In this document: positions 19,341-28,795 of the stretch, piece by piece | How the letters are laid out: every line of letters begins with the position of its first letter | Numbering within the stretch: the stretch's first letter is position 1 | DNA from: an uncultured delta proteobacterium | GTDB taxonomy: Bacteria > Bdellovibrionota > FAC87 > UBA2466 | Reading direction: 5' to 3' | Assembly: GCA_963778115.1 (NCBI GenBank) | Contig: CAVZSV010000006.1 | Coordinates: 1 to 64,000 of the forward strand | DNA length: 64,000 nucleotides | Notes under the pieces: generated by a model | Told to the model about the DNA's origin: nothing | Seen by the model: the letters and a program-made list of their open reading frames with translations, nothing else | Database searches by the model: none | Translations under genes and position numbers: made by a program

Positions 19341-20615
19341 CTAGAACCAGACCTCGCCTTGAACTCCAAAGCCAGATACTTGTCCCCAAGTATTAGTAAC
19401 GTAAGCTCTTAGTGAAGGGCGGGCAAAGTAATCTATTTTGGGAGTGATTTGAGGCGCTAACGTCGTACGCACGAATTGAGAGGCGGGTCCGCCGCCGGGG
19501 CTAGAAACCGAGGAGCCGCCGACTTCCAGAGCCACACTGAAATATTCATTGAAGAAATAGGTGGGGCGAGCTCCCAGACTTAGCCAAGTTCCGTTACCGT
19601 TCGGTCCTCCCGTGCTCCAGCGCTCCGCGATGGCAGCCACTTCGAAGGCCCAGTGCTCATTAAGATTCACCACGAGATTGTTCACCGCTCTGACGCGCCA
19701 ACTGGCATTTTGGGTATTATTCCCGGTAACCGGTGCGGAATTTCCTCCCATGGGTGCCGCCAAGGTCATTCCTTGATTGAGACCCCGCCCCACAATGAGA
19801 GAGACATTGTTGTCACTATTGGGACCGAGCTTGCGGTGGTACTGCACTCCCACGACCTGGCCGTTTGAGTTATCGTATTGGACGCCGTTAACGATATTGG
19901 TTCCCCCGGAAGCCACTGAAACACCCGCCCAAATATTGAGTTCGTCCACGAGAGAAAGAGGAAGTCCAAAAAGGCGAGCGTCTAACATTAAAATTCGGTT
20001 GGTACCAATATTGGAAACAATGCTGGTATTAGTGGCGGTATTGATATTGGTCTCCATCATCAATGCCAAAGCTAAATTTCCGCCGGCCAGAGGAATTTTT
20101 TCGACGCCAGCTCCATTGCCCGAAGAGTCCGCAAAATAGAAAAAATCGTCCATATGGATTTGGGGCGCGCGGTAAAAGCGCTTTCCCACCCAAAAGCTCA
20201 TTGGACTATTTTCGAAAACGTGGCCTGCTTCGATATAGGTCTCGATAAGATTAAACCCAGGTTTTTCGTACTGAGTGTATCCGGGCGGTTGGTAAGCTAA
20301 CGAAAGATGCGTGTCAAAGTAGGCTTTCTTATCGCCCTTGGGCTTTACCACGTGGGCTACGAAGTAAGCTTCGCCATAGTCCCCACATTCGTTACCCAAA
20401 CGGAATTGGTTTTGGTTTCCAGGTGCCCCGGGATTAAAGTAGCAGGACTTTCCGCCTCCTTGAAAATTAGAGCCGGCGCCCGTTCTAAAGTAGCCTTTAT
20501 ATTCAAAGTCTTCTCCAGAAACTCCGAAGGAGACAGGGCCAACTATAATGAGGGGAAATAGGGCCAAACATTGCAACTTTCGCGAGAGCGAACTTCGAGC
20601 TGAACGGTACTTCAT
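19341..20615 (-). CDS. LamB/maltoporin-family carbohydrate porin
   Basis: FEYKGYFRTG, FRLGNEC..YGE, FWVGKRFY, IHMDDFFY, YFARPSLRAYVT, terminal FGVQGEVWF. Confidence 0.92.
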   Translation of the reverse strand: MKYRSARSSLSRKLQCLALFPLIIVGPVSFGVSGEDFEYKGYFRTGAGSNFQGGGKSCYFNPGAPGNQNQFRLGNECGDYGEAYFVAHVVKPKGDKKAYFDTHLSLAYQPPGYTQYEKPGFNLIETYIEAGHVFENSPMSFWVGKRFYRAPQIHMDDFFYFADSSGNGAGVEKIPLAGGNLALALMMETNINTATNTSIVSNIGTNRILMLDARLFGLPLSLVDELNIWAGVSVASGGTNIVNGVQYDNSNGQVVGVQYHRKLGPNSDNNVSLIVGRGLNQGMTLAAPMGGNSAPVTGNNTQNASWRVRAVNNLVVNLNEHWAFEVAAIAERWSTGGPNGNGTWLSLGARPTYFFNEYFSVALEVGGSSVSSPGGGPASQFVRTTLAPQITPKIDYFARPSLRAYVTNTWGQVSGFGVQGEVWF

Positions 20616-20705
20616 ATATGACTGAACCGTGTAACTTTATCGGAAACCTAACGCAAGCGAAAAGGCTCCCTCCAAGGGCTCTTCTCGACGACAAATGAAT
20701 TCTTT

Positions 20706-21189
20706 TTAAAACGTAAGAATCAGGTTTCGTCGGAATCGGTGGCAAAGATTCTTCTCTAGGAGTGCTTTTGCCTCGTCGTAAGCCTTGGCGACTTCGCTAG
20801 CGCGGGGACCCGCTACGTTTAAAACGTGGGCATGGGACCTTTCAATCCATTGCTGAATTTTAGCCACGTCGGGCTCCCTTTCCATATCGACGACGAGGAA
20901 TGGTTTTTTGTGGCGTGAAGCCGCGGCGGCAGTTTTAAGCGTTCCTCCTTTGGGGGCTCCCCACACCAAAATGAGGGTTGCTTCCGAGTCTCTCACATTC
21001 CATTCCGTACGTTGGGAGGTACTTCCGCTAGGGGTTTCTAAGAGGGGGTACTTGGGGTCGAGAGGACCGTCCTCGGCCGCCCGATTCTTCGGGGCACCAT
21101 CCTCCGCACATCATACTCTGCTCCAAAGCAACATCGAGAGCTGCTCGGTCGACACCCGTTTGGCCTCCGCTGACGATTTTGTAGATCAT
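20706..21189 (-). pseudogene. Putative molybdenum carrier / cpYpsA SLOG-family protein with a single-base frameshift (pseudogene or sequencing error)
   Basis: ATG 21189 reads [19 protein letters not shown]...GGWCP. Removing one G from GGGG at 21091-21094 continues KNRAAEDG...RTEWNVRDSEATL...GGT..T...LNVAGPRAS, the family signature. Confidence 0.85.
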
Positions 21190-21212
21190 ATGGGGTGCTT
21201 CGCTCAAGGATG

Positions 21213-21260
21213 AATCTTAAGATTAATCTTAAGCTTTGTCTTAAGATTAATCTCAAGATT
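21213..21260. repeat. Four tandem copies of the 12-bp palindrome AATCTTAAGATT
   Basis: AATCTTAAGATT AATCTTAAGCTT TGTCTTAAGATT AATCTCAAGATT, located between two divergent genes. Confidence 0.9.
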
Positions 21261-21352
21261 TATCCGTAGCCAAATGACGCAACGTGAAAGCATGGGTCGC
21301 CCAACTCGGGCATAATAATCAGACACCGTTAAGCAAAGGAGACCGGCGCCCC

Positions 21353-21817
21353 ATGGCAAATTCCATTCTTTCCAATGTCTATTTGTTCAAAGGGTTAAAT
21401 TCCGAAGAGTTGAATCAGATCACTCAAATTGCAAAATTGGATACCTACGGAATGGGGGACTTGGTCTTTTCTCAAGGGGAAAGGGCCACGGCGATGTACG
21501 TGATCAAGCACGGGTCAATACGAGTGAAACACTCCACCGCTTCGGGAGAAGAGGTGGAAGTATCGGTTCTGGGGACCGGTGCCCATTTCGGAGAGATGGC
21601 ATTCGTAGGTTCTTCCGAGCGCACGGCAACCGCCCAGGTCACCGAGCGATCGGAAATTATCCGCATCGATTTCGATAAACTAAAAGCCCTTCTTGAGCTC
21701 AATTCCAAGATTGCCGCGGTATTCTATAAAGCGCTGACCCACTTTCTGGTCGCGCGTCTGTCGGACACGACCAAAGATCTAAGCTTCGCTCGCGAAAAGA
21801 TCCGAAGCCATGGTTAG
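21353..21817 (+). CDS. Stand-alone cyclic-nucleotide-binding domain protein (no HTH)
   Basis: AAGGAG before ATG 21353; LFKGL, VFSQGE...MYVIKHG, GAHFGEMAF...RTATA phosphate-binding cassette. Confidence 0.9.
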   Translation: MANSILSNVYLFKGLNSEELNQITQIAKLDTYGMGDLVFSQGERATAMYVIKHGSIRVKHSTASGEEVEVSVLGTGAHFGEMAFVGSSERTATAQVTERSEIIRIDFDKLKALLELNSKIAAVFYKALTHFLVARLSDTTKDLSFAREKIRSHG

Positions 21818-23355
21818 TCTTTTATCGTTATCTTCTCTGCGGTCTGTGGCACCGTAACTAGAAAATTAGTCATTTTGCGGGATCGCCTTAGCCACTTTCC
21901 AGCGAACTCCTCGAAATTAAGAGCCCCGGGAGAGGGGACTCTAAAAGCCGGGACCGCCACGGTGTCTGGCAAGCAACGATTATTAGTGCGTTCCTTGTCG
22001 AAACAGAACTGAGCCCGGTTTCTTCCTTCTTGAAACTCTGCCGATCGTGATAATTTCCGATTATTGATCGCGTCTCTGATCTCCCGAGTGGGGACTACCG
22101 CTAAATCCGCCCAGTACTCGCTCAATTTAGAGACGACGTTGCTATCGAGCAACACAAGCGCTTTGAGGATACTGATCGGAGCATCATCTAACCGATTCCA
22201 ACCCGTTCCCATCACATAGAGGTGCGGAAGTACGCGTCGGATATCTTGCGCCACCATCGGCATGACAAAGCCGCCCCAATAGGATCGGTTTTCACCCTCT
22301 GCTAGCCCTGGAGCACCATCTCCCGTCACGATGGCTGACGGATTGTATTCGGGGACCGGCTTGAAATAGGTGGGTTCCGCGGCAGACGCACGTATGGCAA
22401 GCGCCATACTTTTGGGATCGTCCGTCAGTCGAACGTCACACAAGCGCTCTTCGCTGGGGATGGATTTCAGTAACTGGAACATTTCGGGGCTAGCAAAATA
22501 GGTACACGATTTTCCGATATACGGGGTGTCTCTTAGCACCAAGCCGGGATGACCCTTTTGAAATTCCGCCAATCCCGCGGGCGTTTTGACCTGCGATGTG
22601 AAGAAGTCATACGTATGGGGTTTCCACGATACGGAAAAATTGGTGGGATCAAATACCTTCTCATCCAGTGAAGTCACCTTAAGGGGCTTTTTCATCACAT
22701 TGGGGTCCAAAAGATCGGTCCATTCAAAGGAGATTTTGAAGGAAGGACTCTTGTTATCGAGGATTTCGTAGTTGGCGGCTACGATAACGAAAGGAACTTT
22801 GGGGCGGCAAGTGGCCTTCTGCAGATCTGTGATCGAATCGATGCCCAAAGCGGATTCGATATAAGGATCGAGGTTTTCGATTCCGATGGCGGGAATAATG
22901 CCGTTTACGAACGCACTTACCTTGGTGGCTGGATTTTCTACCGAGGTTCTAAGCTTTTCGACACTTTCACGAATGCGGGGGGTTCCCTCGACCAAAATGG
23001 TTGCCGCTCGTTTCATTGTCTCTTCACTAATTCCATGACAAGCGAAATAGATCGCCATAATCGATCCGCCGCTGTTGGCTGAAAGCACCACTTTGCCTTC
23101 TGCTAAAGGACGCATCATTTCGAACGCTCGACTCGCCACTCCGGCGTCATAAGCGAGACTGGAACCTTTCCCCTGGAAATCAAAAAGCAATTCAGCTTCC
23201 GAGAGAGTTCTAATTTCCTCATTGGTGAGCACGGGTTTGGTAAAGATATTTTTTGCCTCTGGCGGTGTCAGAGGGTCTCCCTTGGTTGCTCCGCGAGCCG
23301 TCGACCAAGCCCCAAAGATCGCGAATAGGGCAATAGCGTAGAGATATGATTTCAT
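21814..23355 (-). CDS. Exported patatin-like phospholipase-family protein with atypical motifs
   Basis: GGAGG RBS and ATG 23355; signal peptide; FQGKGSSLAYDAGV (oxyanion-loop-like), SANSGGS (nucleophile elbow), IRASAAEPTYF; YWGG where DGG is expected. Confidence 0.7.
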   Translation of the reverse strand: MKSYLYAIALFAIFGAWSTARGATKGDPLTPPEAKNIFTKPVLTNEEIRTLSEAELLFDFQGKGSSLAYDAGVASRAFEMMRPLAEGKVVLSANSGGSIMAIYFACHGISEETMKRAATILVEGTPRIRESVEKLRTSVENPATKVSAFVNGIIPAIGIENLDPYIESALGIDSITDLQKATCRPKVPFVIVAANYEILDNKSPSFKISFEWTDLLDPNVMKKPLKVTSLDEKVFDPTNFSVSWKPHTYDFFTSQVKTPAGLAEFQKGHPGLVLRDTPYIGKSCTYFASPEMFQLLKSIPSEERLCDVRLTDDPKSMALAIRASAAEPTYFKPVPEYNPSAIVTGDGAPGLAEGENRSYWGGFVMPMVAQDIRRVLPHLYVMGTGWNRLDDAPISILKALVLLDSNVVSKLSEYWADLAVVPTREIRDAINNRKLSRSAEFQEGRNRAQFCFDKERTNNRCLPDTVAVPAFRVPSPGALNFEEFAGKWLRRSRKMTNFLVTVPQTAEKITIKD

Positions 23356-23385
23356 GTTCCTCCCCCTATGAGTTAAGACCAAAAG

Positions 23386-25281
23386 TTACAAATTTTTCTC
23401 AACGGGCTTCGGTGCCTTTGGCACGTAACGCCAGTCGATTCCCATCCACCCTGAATCGCTCATATGAAGCCCAGTCGCTTCAAGTGCGATCCGATTTTTG
23501 ATCCCTTCAAATTCAAATTCTATATCGACACGATTGATGGAGGCTCTGGGAACAAAGAATCGATCGACCACCGATACGATAGCGTCATAATCTTCGCCGG
23601 ATCTCTCCCCTGACGTCGGAGTCACTTTGACTTCACCCACTCGAGCCAGTTGAATGCCTTTCGGAGAAAGGCTGCCGCGATAGGTCGCTTTCAACACCAT
23701 TGCTCTGGTTTCATAAGTCACTCCGTCCACGTTGAAGGCTTTGATCTTGGTCGCAAGGCGAATTTCTTCTTTGGTGATGCGCGCTTTAATGGGATTTTTG
23801 TCCGAAAAGACTACCGTCGCGGGAATCACCCCCGAAGGCCTGTCCTCTTCCGGTAAAGTCGCTATTTTTTCGAAGACGGCCTTTCTAAATTTTTCCTCAT
23901 CAAGAGACCCTCCCGCAGAGACACTACTTAAATTATTGAAAGTGGACTGATGCACTTGCATCGCAACGTCGGCTGTGGGGTCTGTAATGATATCGGGGTC
24001 GAAAGCGGTCCCCAATTGATATTCGGAAGCGAATAAAGATTTTAGTTCGATGTGAGTCGACGTCGATCTGACTACCGAAGAGGGAAAGGCATCCATACGT
24101 TTCAAAGGTGTGCGAAAGCCTTGGTTGACCATGGAGTTCAACGTATGAAGGAGCTCTTTGCCTTTGGTTTGCAGCTCCCGGATCATCTGTTGCTCTAAAA
24201 ATGTTTCGCTCTCCCGATCTCCTTTGTCTTTCTGTTTCCAAGCCATCCTCAGAGCGAGCTTAGCCCCTAACTTCTGGACGATCCGGGTGCGAGCCGTGAG
24301 CGATCCCCACTGAGGCGTTGAGTTAGCATGTGCGGTTGCCGTCGGCGTGCCCAACTTGAAATCTAGATCAGGCGTCATGAGTAGAGGAAGGCTAGCGCTA
24401 AATTCGGAATAGGAGGTGGCTCCAACGGTGGCGGTGTGTCTTGCGATATTACGGGTTCCCTTCACAGTGGAGTCGGCGAAGCCGATTACATTGAGGGAAG
24501 GATGGCCGTAGTTTTCATCGGGAACGAGAGTCACGCCAATTCTACCCAAGGCCAGCGCTGAACCCTCAATCTTCGTTCCCAACATCGTTTGGTTAATGGG
24601 AACCTTTTGGTGAAAGTCTCCGTTAATCGACTTCTCTAGAAATTTTCCCGAAATCTGAGCCCTGAGATTGCGGCGATTATAACTTTTGCGAAGTAGAGCG
24701 AGTAATTCGGGCGCTTGCCCGCGTTCCGCAAGCCATTCATAGGTGCGGCTAACTTCGTCATGAGCGGCAGCGGAAAACTCGGTCATGCTGGTCTTAACGG
24801 CGACTGCCAGCTTGTCCAAGATATCGCGATAGGTGGCTTCGGCATTAGGATCTTGCGAATACTCGATAACCTTCGCGTAAGAATAAAGTGCGTGGCGGAG
24901 ATCGCAATAACGCTTCTCTTCCATGTCTTCATGATCGCTGTGAAGCTTCCCATACACCGCTAAGAGCACGCTAGGATCAGAAGGAAACTGGGATAGCGTC
25001 CCAGCCAATTGATTTAAGAAAAGTTCTTCGCGAAGATCTCCCTCGGTAGGTCGATGATGGAGTTTGTTATCAACGATACCGTAGGCCTTTTGTACTTTTT
25101 CGTGAAGTTGATGAAGGAGAAGAGCCGAAGGCAAAGAGAAACGATCTTTAGCTTCAGTGATGCTAGCAATGAGCAGATCGGCTCTGGTGGGAGCATCCGC
25201 CAAAGCGTAATGACCAGAAGGCAAACTTAGCAAACAAGTAAGTACGACTAAAAACGCAAAGCGATCGATACCTGACTTCAA
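23386..25281 (-). CDS. Exported hypothetical protein: helical N-terminus plus long beta-rich region, possibly BPI/TULIP-like
   Basis: 631-aa ORF, TTG start with GAGGGGG RBS, signal peptide ending ALA; co-oriented with the patatin gene 30 nt downstream. Confidence 0.75.
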   Translation of the reverse strand: MKSGIDRFAFLVVLTCLLSLPSGHYALADAPTRADLLIASITEAKDRFSLPSALLLHQLHEKVQKAYGIVDNKLHHRPTEGDLREELFLNQLAGTLSQFPSDPSVLLAVYGKLHSDHEDMEEKRYCDLRHALYSYAKVIEYSQDPNAEATYRDILDKLAVAVKTSMTEFSAAAHDEVSRTYEWLAERGQAPELLALLRKSYNRRNLRAQISGKFLEKSINGDFHQKVPINQTMLGTKIEGSALALGRIGVTLVPDENYGHPSLNVIGFADSTVKGTRNIARHTATVGATSYSEFSASLPLLMTPDLDFKLGTPTATAHANSTPQWGSLTARTRIVQKLGAKLALRMAWKQKDKGDRESETFLEQQMIRELQTKGKELLHTLNSMVNQGFRTPLKRMDAFPSSVVRSTSTHIELKSLFASEYQLGTAFDPDIITDPTADVAMQVHQSTFNNLSSVSAGGSLDEEKFRKAVFEKIATLPEEDRPSGVIPATVVFSDKNPIKARITKEEIRLATKIKAFNVDGVTYETRAMVLKATYRGSLSPKGIQLARVGEVKVTPTSGERSGEDYDAIVSVVDRFFVPRASINRVDIEFEFEGIKNRIALEATGLHMSDSGWMGIDWRYVPKAPKPVEKNL

Positions 25282-25309
25282 GATACCCCCTCTTCAAAGA
25301 CGCAACTTC

Positions 25310-25325
25310 AGCAAGATGCAACCCA
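25310..25325 (-). promoter_or_regulatory. Possible sigma-54 -24/-12 promoter
   Basis: Minus strand TGGGTTGCATCTTGCT has GG-N10-GC with TTGC, about 30 nt upstream of the 25281 start. Imperfect -24 box. Confidence 0.35.
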
Positions 25326-25418
25326 AACACCTCAGATACTCTTCTGTTAACGTGGATGACGCGGTAAATCAAATGATTCGTGATGAATTGTTTTTATAGG
25401 CAGGGGAAGTGAGTCCCT

Positions 25419-26432
25419 TTAACTTATTTTGAGAGACTCGGCCTGAGAGCGGTACCAGCGAACGGTTTCGATAAGGCCTTGTTCAAAACCGAAGCGCGGT
25501 TTCCAATTCAATATCGTCTTCGCTTTAGTACTGTCTAGACATTGGACTGGAATTTCATTGGCCGCTTCATTTCGAATATCGGGCTTGAGATCGGTCCGCT
25601 CCATGATCTTAAGAACCGCCTCTACCACATCAAGCACTGTCAGACGAAGACCGTAAGAAAAGTTGAACGCTTCGCCAGCGAATTTGGTGTTCTGACCATG
25701 CCCGGTCATGGCTTCGGCGAGCGTGAGATACGCGTGAGCCCCGTCTTCGGCGAAGATATAGTCTCTAATATATTTTCCGTCACTTCGAACGACTGGCCTT
25801 TTATCTTGCAACACGTCTTTGATGGTACCCGGAATAATACGGCTAAAATTTAAATCGCCCGGCCCGAAGAAGTTGCCGCAGCGGGTGACCGCGACCGGAA
25901 CTCCATAACTCACGAAATAAGATCTAGCGATCAGATCGGCACAACTTTTGGAAACGTCATAGGGATGCTCGCCTCGAAGCGGAAAGCTCTCATCGTAAGC
26001 CTCTCCCTGAAGATTGCCATAAGCCTTGTCCGAAGACGCTATCACGATCCGTTGGACTCGCTTAGGGTGAAGCCTGGCCGCCTCAAGCAGATTCCAGGTC
26101 CCTTCGATGTTAGCCCGGAAGGTGGCTAAGGGGCCTCTATTGGCCGTCCCCACCAAAGTCTGAGCTGCCAAGTGAAAGATCGTATCGATTTCGTACTCAT
26201 TGACGACCCGCTCCAGAAGCGAAAAGTCTTCCATCTCCCCATGAACGACCGTAACCTTTTGATTCAATTGCCATTCGGGGGAGGGATGGAAGAAGAGCGA
26301 TTGGGGAATAAAGTCGCGCACTAAAGCTACGACCGAGGCCCCCTGCTCGACCAGCATCCGGGTAAGATGCGAGCCTAGAAGCCCCGTTCCGCCTGTAATG
26401 AATACCTTTGAGCCACGCCATTGACTTGACAT
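25419..26432 (-). CDS. rfbG: CDP-glucose 4,6-dehydratase-like extended SDR
   Basis: ITGGTGLLGS, FHLAAQ, SSDKAY, PYDVSK; divergent from rfbF-rfbH. Confidence 0.8.
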   Translation of the reverse strand: MSSQWRGSKVFITGGTGLLGSHLTRMLVEQGASVVALVRDFIPQSLFFHPSPEWQLNQKVTVVHGEMEDFSLLERVVNEYEIDTIFHLAAQTLVGTANRGPLATFRANIEGTWNLLEAARLHPKRVQRIVIASSDKAYGNLQGEAYDESFPLRGEHPYDVSKSCADLIARSYFVSYGVPVAVTRCGNFFGPGDLNFSRIIPGTIKDVLQDKRPVVRSDGKYIRDYIFAEDGAHAYLTLAEAMTGHGQNTKFAGEAFNFSYGLRLTVLDVVEAVLKIMERTDLKPDIRNEAANEIPVQCLDSTKAKTILNWKPRFGFEQGLIETVRWYRSQAESLKIS

Positions 26433-26493
26433 TTGACGTCCTTATACACTGCCCCGACGGCTTTTTTCAATAACTAGAGGATCTTCCCAAAAC

Positions 26494-27414
26494 ATGAGTT
26501 CGCAAAGTATTAACACTACCCGCGCCAAGTATGACGTACCGGTATTTATCTTGGCGGGCGGCATGGGAACGCGCATTTCCGAAGAGACCTCCATCAAGCC
26601 CAAGCCGATGATAGAAATCGGCGAGATACCGATCCTGCTTCATTTGATGCGTTGGTACTACTCGTTTGGCTTTAACGATTTTGTCATTTGCGCGGGCTAC
26701 CGAAACTGGGAGATCAAAGAATTTTTTCTGACTTACGAGTTTCGCCGTAACCATTTGCAGATCGATCATCGCGTTCAAAAAAATACGTTACCCGCATCGC
26801 TCGGAAGAAATCTCGAGCAGGAGAATTGGCGGGTCTCTATCGTGGATACCGGACTGGAAACGATGACCGGCGCCAGACTCGCTAGAGCTATCGATGAGAC
26901 GCTAAGGTTTCAAACCTTCACCGATTTTGCCCTGACCTACGGAGATGGGCTAGCCGACGTGAACCTGAACAAGGAGCTGGAGTTCCATTTTTCTCACGGA
27001 AAGTTGGGAACCGTAGTGGGCGTTCCTCCGCCGGCCCGTTGGGGGGAATTGGACATCGCCGCCGATCAACGCGTTTGCGGTTTTTTGGAGAAACCGGAGT
27101 CTCGAGCAGGTCTTATTAACGGTGGTTTTTTCTTCTTTCGCCAAGAGTTTCGAAATTATCTCACGACGGCATCTGACTGCATTTTAGAACGAGATCCGCT
27201 GGGCAAGTTAGCGGCGGACAATCAGCTCATGGTATATCGGCATACTGGCTTTTGGCATCCGATGGACACCCTTAGAGACAAAACCTACTTGCAAGGCATT
27301 TGGGAACAGGGAAAAGCACCTTGGAAGGTAGCGCCATTAGCTCCTACTAACCGGCAGTCCAACGATCGCAGTGGCAAGACGGGCAGCGAAGCGGAATTCG
27401 CGGGGCATAGTTGA
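26494..27414 (+). CDS. rfbF: Glucose-1-phosphate cytidylyltransferase
   Basis: ILAGGMGTRISEET..KPKPMIEIG, VDTGLETMTGARL, LTYGDGL, INGGFF, GFWHPMDTLRDK. Confidence 0.95.
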   Translation: MSSQSINTTRAKYDVPVFILAGGMGTRISEETSIKPKPMIEIGEIPILLHLMRWYYSFGFNDFVICAGYRNWEIKEFFLTYEFRRNHLQIDHRVQKNTLPASLGRNLEQENWRVSIVDTGLETMTGARLARAIDETLRFQTFTDFALTYGDGLADVNLNKELEFHFSHGKLGTVVGVPPPARWGELDIAADQRVCGFLEKPESRAGLINGGFFFFRQEFRNYLTTASDCILERDPLGKLAADNQLMVYRHTGFWHPMDTLRDKTYLQGIWEQGKAPWKVAPLAPTNRQSNDRSGKTGSEAEFAGHS

Positions 27415-27424
27415 AGTAGTAACC

Positions 27425-28795
27425 ATGAGTACCGACAGAAAACACATTCTAGACGCTGTTCGCGCTTATCACGCAGAGGAGTTTGCCGCTAAGCCGTTTG
27501 AGCCTGGAAAGACTTACATTCCGGTCACGACTAAAGTGGTCGATGCGGACGACCTCACTCATCTCATAGACGCTTCTCTCGATATGTGGCTGACCACGGG
27601 GCGCTTCGCCCGGGAGTTTGAGGGATCCCTTTCTTCTTTATTGGGTCGCAGAGCCACCTCTTTGTTAGTGAATAGTGGTTCAAGTGCGAATCTGCTAGCG
27701 ATTAGCAGCCTTGGGGCCCAGACCCTTAAAGATTGGGACGAAAGGCCTTTAAGCCCTGGTGACGAAGTGATTACCGCAGCAGCCGGTTTTCCCACCACGG
27801 TGAATCCCATTCTTCAAAACGGTTGGGTGCCCGTCTTTGTCGACGTGGATTTAACGACCCTACAAGCCCTGCCGGAAACGGTAATGGCGGCACGAACGCC
27901 CAAGACTAGGGCTGTCGTTCTCGCCCATTCGTTGGGAAACGTTTTTCGTTCCGACTTACTAGCGGACTGGTGTCGAAAAGAAGGCCTCTATCTTATCGAG
28001 GACTGTTGCGATGCTTTAGGGGCGACGATTCAAGGGCCAGGGGAAGCGTCAGGAGAATCGCCAAAGTACGCTCATTCCAAGCTTCGGCCGGTAGGCTCCT
28101 TCGGGCAATACGCCACCCTTAGTTTTTATCCGGCCCACCACATTACGACAGGGGAGGGCGGGGCAGTTATCCCTTGTGACAGCCGGTTTAAGAAAGTTGC
28201 CGAAAGTCTCAGAGATTGGGGACGAGATTGTTGGTGCGAGCCCGGTGTCGACAATACTTGTGGCAAGCGGTTTGGATGGCAGTTAGGCGATCTCCCTCAA
28301 GGCTATGACCATAAATACACCTATTCCAATATTGGCTATAACCTGAAAGCTACCGACATGCAGGCCGCTTTGGGAATTTCTCAATTGCGAAAGTTGGAGA
28401 GATTCGTAGAGGCTCGTCGGCGCCATTGGAAGACACTCTATGACGGCGTTCGCCAGTCTCCGATACTCTCTTCGACGCTAACACCCGTAGAGCCGACGCC
28501 GGGGACGGAACCGAGTTGGTTTGGATTCGCCATGCATTGTGATAAGCGCATTCGACGTGAAAAATTAGTGGGATTTCTCGAAGAGAATCGTGTGGGAACG
28601 CGTTTACTTTTCGGTGGAAATTTGGTCAAGCAGCCGGCTTACCACAATGCCAACTTTAGAATTCACGGTGAGCTTTCAAATACCGACGTCATCATGCAGC
28701 AGACCTTTTGGATTGGAGTCCACCCCGCTTTAGATGCCGCGCGAATTAGCTATATGTTGGAGCGATTGGAAGCCGGAGTAAAACTACTGTCATGA
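27425..28795 (+). CDS. rfbH: CDP-6-deoxy-4-keto-glucose 3-dehydrase (E1, RfbH/DdhC)
   Basis: VNSGSSANL, IEDCCDALG, SFYPAHHITTGEGG (His in place of the aminotransferase Lys), Fe-S motif RDCWC...DNTC, YDHKY. Confidence 0.95.
   Translation: MSTDRKHILDAVRAYHAEEFAAKPFEPGKTYIPVTTKVVDADDLTHLIDASLDMWLTTGRFAREFEGSLSSLLGRRATSLLVNSGSSANLLAISSLGAQTLKDWDERPLSPGDEVITAAAGFPTTVNPILQNGWVPVFVDVDLTTLQALPETVMAARTPKTRAVVLAHSLGNVFRSDLLADWCRKEGLYLIEDCCDALGATIQGPGEASGESPKYAHSKLRPVGSFGQYATLSFYPAHHITTGEGGAVIPCDSRFKKVAESLRDWGRDCWCEPGVDNTCGKRFGWQLGDLPQGYDHKYTYSNIGYNLKATDMQAALGISQLRKLERFVEARRRHWKTLYDGVRQSPILSSTLTPVEPTPGTEPSWFGFAMHCDKRIRREKLVGFLEENRVGTRLLFGGNLVKQPAYHNANFRIHGELSNTDVIMQQTFWIGVHPALDAARISYMLERLEAGVKLLS

Noticed and set aside
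21038..21256. 72-aa ORF with a repeated RLILR N-terminus
   Set aside because: The peptide repeat only reflects the 12-bp DNA array, and the ORF overlaps the SLOG gene in another frame.
21213..21260. CRISPR array
   Set aside because: The units are 12 bp and contiguous with no spacers, and there are no cas genes in the window.
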